Assembly (NCBI GenBank): GCA_048882505.1
Contig: JBHLRO010000012.1
Coordinates: 77,923-109,922, forward strand
Origin: Candidatus Thorarchaeota archaeon
GTDB taxonomy: Archaea > Asgardarchaeota > Heimdallarchaeia > Hodarchaeales > Hodarchaeaceae
Direction: 5' to 3'
Length of the DNA stretch: 32,000 nt
Shown here: positions 26,361 through 32,000 of the stretch, piece after piece
How positions within the stretch are numbered: position 1 is the stretch's first letter
How the letters are laid out: each line of letters starts with the position of its first letter
Made by a program: the position numbers and the translations under genes
Notes under the pieces: model-generated
What the model was told of the DNA's origin: nothing
Database searches by the model: none
The model's input: the letters and a program-made list of their open reading frames with translations, nothing else

Positions 26361-26828
26361 ATGGAAGAGACATCATTAGATGAAATAGATCGGGCGATCT
26401 TACATTGGTTAAGCAAGGATGGGAGAATGCGTTATACGATTCTAGCTAAAAACCTAAATGTCACCTCACAGACTATTTCGGATCGGATTGATAAGCTTAA
26501 GAAAAAACAGGTTATTGAACGCTTCAGTGTAGCATTAAATCCGGAAAAAATTGGAGCAACGATAGAATTCATTACCGAAGTAGATGTCGATGTGAATGCC
26601 ATGGAAGCCATCATTCCAAAACTCGAGAAAATTCCAGAAATCCATGCCATTAGAATTACAACTGGTATACATGACATTTTTTGCATGGGGTACGCAACTT
26701 CAATCGAAAACCTGCATGATATCGTTGAAAAACGAATTTCATCCATTCTAGGAGTTAAAAAAACATATACGTCCATTATACTTAGGAATGTGAAAAATTC
26801 GCAGATTTTGACATTGGATAGAGATTGA
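26361..26828 (+). CDS. Lrp/AsnC family transcriptional regulator
   Basis: LDEIDRAILHWLSKDGRMRYTILAKNLNVTSQTISDRIDKL HTH and C-terminal RAM domain (TTGIHDIF). Confidence 0.93.
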   Translation: MEETSLDEIDRAILHWLSKDGRMRYTILAKNLNVTSQTISDRIDKLKKKQVIERFSVALNPEKIGATIEFITEVDVDVNAMEAIIPKLEKIPEIHAIRITTGIHDIFCMGYATSIENLHDIVEKRISSILGVKKTYTSIILRNVKNSQILTLDRD

Positions 26829-26830
26829 AT

Positions 26831-26853
26831 TCAAGTTTCATATTTAAACTTGA
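26831..26853. promoter_or_regulatory. Perfect 8-bp inverted repeat between lrp and the aminotransferase (candidate operator or terminator hairpin)
   Basis: TCAAGTTT-catattt-AAACTTGA. A TATA-like TTTATAA lies at 26905-26911 with a purine-rich BRE-like stretch upstream. Confidence 0.4.
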
Positions 26854-26963
26854 TTTACGTGATTCATGTATTCCATTTGGTTTACTATCATAAAAGCAAG
26901 GGTATTTATAATTTGGTTAAGCTTAGTCAAGCATCATCAGGATTTTGAAGAAGTGAACTACAT

Positions 26964-28319
26964 ATGGATCCCTCGCATTTAGAACTGTTAAAAACCCTTG
27001 TTGATGATATAGGTGATGTTACCAGCACGCGTTACTGGATTGAACGCAGCCAGAAAGCATTAGCAATTACAACTCAAGACAGAGAGCTTTTTCCCGTTAT
27101 TGATCACACTCAATGTGGTCCAGGGCCATGGCTACGCGACTTAGAAGGCACTCAATATTATGATCTGACCTCAGGGGTTGCAGTTCGTCCCCTTGGTTTT
27201 CGTCCTCCAGAGCTTAAGGCATTCGAGGCCAAACTTGCTGATATTCCACGAGAACTTCCCGGTATGGACTTTGACAACATCCCTCATGTCCTTCTTGCGG
27301 AAAGACTTGCGAGCATCACTCCGGGCGGCCATTCCAAACGGGTTGTTTTTACTACTTCAGGCGGAAGGGCCGTTGAAGGGGCTATGAAGGCTGCCATGGA
27401 TTTAACGGGTCGTTCTCGTTTTCTAGCATTTCGACCTGCCTTTCATGGCCGGACAGGATACGCGCTCGCCGTCACAGCTTCGAATCACTTACACAAAAAT
27501 CATTTCCCTCAAGGTGTAGACGTCGTCCGAATTCCGTACCATTACCCCTATCGGAACAAATACGATGATACTGAAGGAACGGTTGATAGTTATTATAGCC
27601 AAATTGATGATATGTTGAAATATGAGGCCACAGATTTTGCTGCCATCATTATGGAACCCTTGGCAGGCGAAGGCGGACTCATTGTGCCAAACAGCAATTT
27701 TGTAAAGGCAGTAAGAAAAATCGCAGACGATTATGGGGCCTATATGATTGCAGATGAAGTTCAATCAGGCCTCGGACGGACGGGAAAATGGTGGGCGATT
27801 GAACATCATGAAACGATTCCTGATTTCATTGCAACCGCAAAAGCTTTAGGAGGGGGGTATGCGCTTGGAGCAACCATAGGCAAGGCCGATGAACCTGGCT
27901 TATTCACACGAGGCTCGCGACATTCCCAAACTGTCTCTGCGGAACCATTTCAAGCATTGGTTAGCTTGTTCATGTTGAAAGAAATCGAAAAAAGGCTGTC
28001 CTCTAATGAAAAAATGGGTACCTATCTCATGAAAGGGCTAAAAGATTTTCAGGAAGATTCAAAGGTCATTGGGGATGTTAGGGGACTTGGATTAATGATC
28101 GGTATTGAAATTGTTAAAGATCCGGTTTCCAAAACACATGCCACCGAGCTACGACACAGGATACTCAAAAATCTAGTTCAAAAACAACATCTTTGGACCC
28201 TTGGGGCAGGTAGGAGCGCGATTCGTTTACTTCCGTGGTTTCGAATAACAGAGGAAGAAGCGGAGATGATCCTGGAAAAATTCTCTACGGCGATTAAAGA
28301 GGAAGAAAGGGCCGTTTAG
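26964..28319 (+). CDS. Class III PLP-dependent aminotransferase (ornithine/lysine/4-aminobutyrate omega-aminotransferase-like)
   Basis: AFHGRT, EPLAGEGG, ADEVQSGLGRTG, PLP lysine in TAKALGGG, GDVRGLGLMIGIEIVKD. Confidence 0.9.
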   Translation: MDPSHLELLKTLVDDIGDVTSTRYWIERSQKALAITTQDRELFPVIDHTQCGPGPWLRDLEGTQYYDLTSGVAVRPLGFRPPELKAFEAKLADIPRELPGMDFDNIPHVLLAERLASITPGGHSKRVVFTTSGGRAVEGAMKAAMDLTGRSRFLAFRPAFHGRTGYALAVTASNHLHKNHFPQGVDVVRIPYHYPYRNKYDDTEGTVDSYYSQIDDMLKYEATDFAAIIMEPLAGEGGLIVPNSNFVKAVRKIADDYGAYMIADEVQSGLGRTGKWWAIEHHETIPDFIATAKALGGGYALGATIGKADEPGLFTRGSRHSQTVSAEPFQALVSLFMLKEIEKRLSSNEKMGTYLMKGLKDFQEDSKVIGDVRGLGLMIGIEIVKDPVSKTHATELRHRILKNLVQKQHLWTLGAGRSAIRLLPWFRITEEEAEMILEKFSTAIKEEERAV

Positions 28320-28331
28320 GCCCACGATCGG

Positions 28332-29072
28332 TCACAAAATTACCATAAATATAAGAAGAGCAATTCCTAACGCACCAGATATGAGACCACTAAAGAACAA
28401 CCACCATCGCGACGTGTGGAGTGGGAAAGTTCTTCTAATCTCGATAAATTTATCCTTCTTTTCGCTTTTAACTGGCAATCGGAAAGGTAAATGTATCAAA
28501 TAGGTTCCCTGTAAGGCCTTAATAGTTTCGATCCCAGTCAAGCCAGACACAAACCCACCAAGCAGTGTAGCAGTCGTCTTAGTAATTCCTTTTTCCTTAA
28601 CTTCTTTTTCGGGATCGACACTGGGGAATAGATCCAGCAACAGATGCGAGGCAAAACCTACGAGAAACGGTGTAAATACCAGTGCAAGTGGGGCTAAAGT
28701 TGGATCTGAAGGATCCGCGAATTTTTGGTAGAAAAAAATCGCAGTTATTCCAATTGGAATGAATATGCTATGTGTAATAATATCCCTATGATGCATCCAA
28801 TTGATGAGTAAATCCCAATCAGGGGCTTCCGCTCCAATCAATCCCATCAAAAAGCCAAGAGTCATCCATAACGGAGCAATGTCTGTCAGGCCCAGATCTG
28901 GGATATTGGTATCTACAGCCCAGTAGGTAACCAAATAAATTGTGTAAACAAGAATAGCCGTTATCATGTGCCATTTTCGATTTGCCATTGCTTTAACCAA
29001 CCAAGAAGATCGATTAGGGCGATCTACTAACGATCTGCCTGAATTACTATCGGCTTTATCTCTCTCTCCCAT
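28332..29072 (-). CDS. Membrane-bound metal-dependent hydrolase-like protein (YdjM/LexA-binding type)
   Basis: H near TM1, GAEAPDWD, HHRDIITHS and SHLLLDL motifs embedded in TM segments. Confidence 0.7.
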   Translation of the reverse strand: MGERDKADSNSGRSLVDRPNRSSWLVKAMANRKWHMITAILVYTIYLVTYWAVDTNIPDLGLTDIAPLWMTLGFLMGLIGAEAPDWDLLINWMHHRDIITHSIFIPIGITAIFFYQKFADPSDPTLAPLALVFTPFLVGFASHLLLDLFPSVDPEKEVKEKGITKTTATLLGGFVSGLTGIETIKALQGTYLIHLPFRLPVKSEKKDKFIEIRRTFPLHTSRWWLFFSGLISGALGIALLIFMVIL

Positions 29073-29115
29073 TTTGCTTTAAACAATTTCGATATCCTCC
29101 CAGCTGAGCCCCAAA

Positions 29116-29544
29116 TTGAAATCGATGAGAATAAAAATCCTAAAAATTGATACTAGAGCAAGAATCCCTAAAAAAGCCCATGTAAGCGACGCTGCCTCTG
29201 ACATCTATGCCATCGAAGATGTTATGGTTCCTCCTGGCAGTACAGCGATACTTAGGACAGGATTTTGTTTAGAGATCCCTGCGGGAGTCTACGGCCGAAT
29301 CGAAACACGAAGTTCCATGGCTGCGAAGGGCTTATATACAACTGGGGGCATTATCGACTCAGGTTATAGGGATGAAGTCTTTGTGATCTTGAATAATGGA
29401 AGTCAAGAGAAATATCATATTCACGAGGGGGAGCGGATCGCCCAGATAATATTTCATGAAACAGATAACTGTGATTTCATCGAAGTAACGCGGATCGATA
29501 CGCGCGAGGATCGTAAGGGCGGCTTGGGTAGTACTGGTGAGTAA
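29116..29544 (+). CDS. dut: Trimeric dUTP diphosphatase
   Basis: Five dUTPase motifs: DAASDIY, RSSMA, GIIDSGYR, ERIAQII, RKGGLGSTG. The start may be ATG 29125. Confidence 0.93.
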   Translation: MKSMRIKILKIDTRARIPKKAHVSDAASDIYAIEDVMVPPGSTAILRTGFCLEIPAGVYGRIETRSSMAAKGLYTTGGIIDSGYRDEVFVILNNGSQEKYHIHEGERIAQIIFHETDNCDFIEVTRIDTREDRKGGLGSTGE

Positions 29545-29550
29545 AACTCA

Positions 29551-29844
29551 TCAAGATTGAGAAATCCGAAATCCTTGAGGTTCAATTTGCTCGGAATGGC
29601 ACTTGGGGCACTTGGTGGGATCCGAGATTCTTGTACGGCCAGAAAATATGAAATTACACTTAAGACATACAGCTGGACGAACTTCGATATGCCTATCTTC
29701 CCGTCTAAGAGTCTTCCTTATGCTATCTATATCTTCTATGACGGTTTTCACCGAAATTTTTAACACATCTGACATTTCTAGCAGAGTCATATCGACTCCT
29801 GGTTTAGAAAGCAGTTCTACTAATCTCTCTCTACGCGTTATCAT
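29551..29844 (-). CDS. HTH + Zn-ribbon transcriptional regulator (COG3357-type)
   Basis: MITRRERLVELL start (ATG 29844), HTH, then PAVCLKCNF...CPKCHSEQI. Confidence 0.85.
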   Translation of the reverse strand: MITRRERLVELLSKPGVDMTLLEMSDVLKISVKTVIEDIDSIRKTLRREDRHIEVRPAVCLKCNFIFSGRTRISDPTKCPKCHSEQIEPQGFRISQS

Positions 29845-30482
29845 ATAATCAACTCTACATAATTCAAGGCTCATATATGTTAACCAATATAGCCTATTTC
29901 TTGTTGATAACCCCGTGAAAGCCTTCTCTATTAAACTGTAAAACCTTGTTCTTATTCGATTTGTCTCTTTTAATAGAACATCACAAGAACGTGAATTTCT
30001 AAATTATAACATTATCATTTTAACAAGCCTACTGCGTGTATTGTAAAGAAAAACGGCTTCGTGACTACAATAGGGTTTCGACTTCCTCATGGAAATCAAT
30101 TTAATCTTTTCTATTAATTCATTTCCCTCTTCAAGCCTCTTCCTATTAATGATTGTCCCTTTTTTTATAAAATTTGACCCTATAATGAAGATGAAAAAAT
30201 AATTTATTTCAAACCAAACAATTACATGATCTAGACAAGTATTTGGTGGCATTGCATATTGGCAATAATATCTGGGGAAAACCTCCATGATACCTATGCT
30301 TATGACGTTATCAAAGTATAATCGAAAACACAATTATCGAACGATTTCTATAGAAACACCTTTAATTAATGCTCCCTAAAGACAAACGGTAAACAATCAA
30401 AGTAGGGAAAAAACCACTCTTAAATGAATTAGGAAATCAATATGAGTGGTAGGATCCTGAAAACCAAAGAAAGTGACTCACA

Positions 30483-31094
30483 ATGACCGTACTCAAAATT
30501 GTATTGATTGGAGACGGAGGGGTGGGGAAAACCGCTATTCGTGAGCGCTATCTGGGAAAAGGCTTCAAGGCCCAATATCTTCTTACGATTGGGGCTGATT
30601 TTGCCATGCGGGACGATAACATAAATAGCCAAGCCGTTAGATTCCAAATATGGGATCTTGCAGGACAGCAACGATTTGATGCTGTCCGAGAGGTCTACTA
30701 TAAAGGATCAGTAGGTGCCCTCCTAGTGTATGATGTTACTCGCCCCGATAGCTATTTCAACACCCCCAAGTGGATTAACGAGCTATGGACAAATAATGGA
30801 CGGGGGCGTGTACCAATCGTCGTAGTCGCCAATAAGATCGATATGCGCGAACTATCCGATGACACGGTGTCATCGGAGCAGGGAAGGATCTTTACGGAGA
30901 GACTAACCAAGTTAACTGCCCCCGAAGGTTTTACGTGTCATTTCATTGAAACTAGTGCAAAAACAGGTGTAAATATCCAAGCTGCCTTCGCCCTACTAGG
31001 CTCGAATATCATGGCCTTTGTGGATAAACAGCGAAGGATGCGAAAAACTACCAGTCGAATCAGATCAACTATTCCTAGACAAAGACAGTTCTAG
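30483..31094 (+). CDS. Rab-like small GTPase (Ras superfamily)
   Basis: G1 GDGGVGKT, G2/RabF1 TIGADF, G3 WDLAGQQRF, RabF4-like YYKGSVG, RabF5-like LLVYDVT, G4 NKID, G5 ETSAKT. No C-terminal Cys. Confidence 0.93.
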   Translation: MTVLKIVLIGDGGVGKTAIRERYLGKGFKAQYLLTIGADFAMRDDNINSQAVRFQIWDLAGQQRFDAVREVYYKGSVGALLVYDVTRPDSYFNTPKWINELWTNNGRGRVPIVVVANKIDMRELSDDTVSSEQGRIFTERLTKLTAPEGFTCHFIETSAKTGVNIQAAFALLGSNIMAFVDKQRRMRKTTSRIRSTIPRQRQF

Positions 31095-31176
31095 ACGGGA
31101 GAGAGGAGATTCTTATACTATTTAACGACCATAGAGTTCCTTTTCAAACTTCCAATTTTCCAAGATTATTGTCAAT

Positions 31177-31896
31177 CTAGAAAAGCGAGCGAAAAAAAAT
31201 CATCATCTGTTTTTTTCCCATTTTTGATGTACCTTGATCTCGCCCCTTAAAGGTATAAAAAAACTCGCCAACGCGGGCGTTTCTGGGAATTACTTTCAAG
31301 AGGTCAAAAAGTATCTTATATCCCTTTGGAGCAACGGTTTGAGGGTTATTAACCAAGATTTCCGATACGAATTCCGTTTTTCCTCCAAAAAAGCCACTCA
31401 TAATATCCTTGGGCCGCGGCCTTCTTCTTAACATAAGAGAGAATTTCCCAAGGGTTGAAGCACCCCATGAAATTACCTTTCTGGTTATACTCCAGCTTTT
31501 TACTTTTCGACGGGTACCGATTACGAGAGGGAAATCTTCCCTCACCATAAGGGCGAATCCCTCTTCTATTCTATCTGGCGGATGTTGAAAATCACAATCA
31601 ATAACAAAGAAATAGGGAGTTTTGACAATTTTAACTGCATCGACGATTGATATACTCAATCCTTTTACGGGCTGGCCTTTTCTATCCAAAAGTTGTATCC
31701 TGGGATTTTTTTGACTCCATTCAACAATTACTTCAGCTGTACCGTCTTTGGATCCATCATCACTAACCAAAATTGAAATATCTTTATATCTCTCTAATAA
31801 CTTAGAAATCATTTTTCCTATGTTATCATATTCATTTAGTGTGGGAATAATCACCGTTAACTCGCGGAAGGAACTGAGGGGGATTTCCGATGCCAT
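31177..31896 (-). CDS. GT2 glycosyltransferase, polyprenol/dolichol-phosphate mannosyltransferase (DPM1-like)
   Basis: LTVIIPTLNE, VSDDGSKDGT, IDCDFQHPP, DIMSGFF, R-x-x-GTSKM. ATG 31896 is preferred over 31998 at the window edge. Confidence 0.88.
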   Translation of the reverse strand: MASEIPLSSFRELTVIIPTLNEYDNIGKMISKLLERYKDISILVSDDGSKDGTAEVIVEWSQKNPRIQLLDRKGQPVKGLSISIVDAVKIVKTPYFFVIDCDFQHPPDRIEEGFALMVREDFPLVIGTRRKVKSWSITRKVISWGASTLGKFSLMLRRRPRPKDIMSGFFGGKTEFVSEILVNNPQTVAPKGYKILFDLLKVIPRNARVGEFFYTFKGRDQGTSKMGKKQMMIFFRSLF

Positions 31897-32000
31897 TTTT
31901 GTTGAAGGGTTATTTTTGAAAAGGGCTTGAAAGGATTTCTTTTTTAAATTCAGTCTTTTTTCTTCTATCGCGTAAATTCTTTGATCCCAGATATCCATTT

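Noticed and set aside
26964-28319. Lrp-linked class III enzyme as an amino-acid racemase/epimerase
   Set aside because: It has EPLAGEGG (Glu, aminotransferase type) rather than the Asp-containing variant associated with racemases.
30004-30333. 109-aa minus-strand ORF in the gap before the Rab-like gene
   Set aside because: AT-rich, no recognisable motif or RBS, and composition resembles spurious ORFs. It cannot be supported, though it is not excluded.
183-31930. Many short antisense or overlapping ORFs in the ORF track (e.g. 1584-1985, 11012-11428, 20285-20638, 26432-26776)
   Set aside because: They lie within longer genes with clear family motifs and are best explained as shadow ORFs.
1-32000. 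Apparent GATC over-representation, possibly linked to the methyltransferase
   Set aside because: A spot count gave 8 sites in bases 1-1200, too few to be significant. A Markov-normalised 4-mer count over the genome would be needed.
1-32000. CRISPR arrays, rRNA, IS elements
   Set aside because: No regularly spaced direct repeats, rRNA-like GC-rich structured tracts or transposase motifs were recognised.

Overview
Gene-dense (~40% GC) archaeal chromosomal segment, most likely from an Asgard archaeon (Heimdallarchaeia/Hodarchaeales-like; inferred from gene content, not from a marker gene). It carries several eukaryotic-signature-type genes: a DNA polymerase epsilon-like PolB with the CysX motif, a gelsolin-domain protein, a Rab-like GTPase and a longin/uDENN-like + TPR protein. 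Housekeeping genes include class II HMG-CoA reductase, a CoA-type Nudix hydrolase, an eIF-2B-family protein, a short MutY-like glycosylase, an N6-adenine methyltransferase, an Lrp regulator with a class III aminotransferase, dUTPase, a COG3357-type regulator, a DPM1-like GT2 and an intronless tRNA-Cys(GCA). No CRISPR array, rRNA, transposase or integrase was seen. The best candidate for an undescribed system is the three-gene unit at 10111-14264. It combines a SNAP/TPR-like solenoid plus three Ig-like repeats with a longin/uDENN-like domain plus solenoid, a domain set reminiscent of eukaryotic TRAPP/adaptor complexes. The longin-like N-terminus is hidden upstream of the called start codon, behind a single in-frame TAG. 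All family calls come from motif recognition by eye, without database searches.
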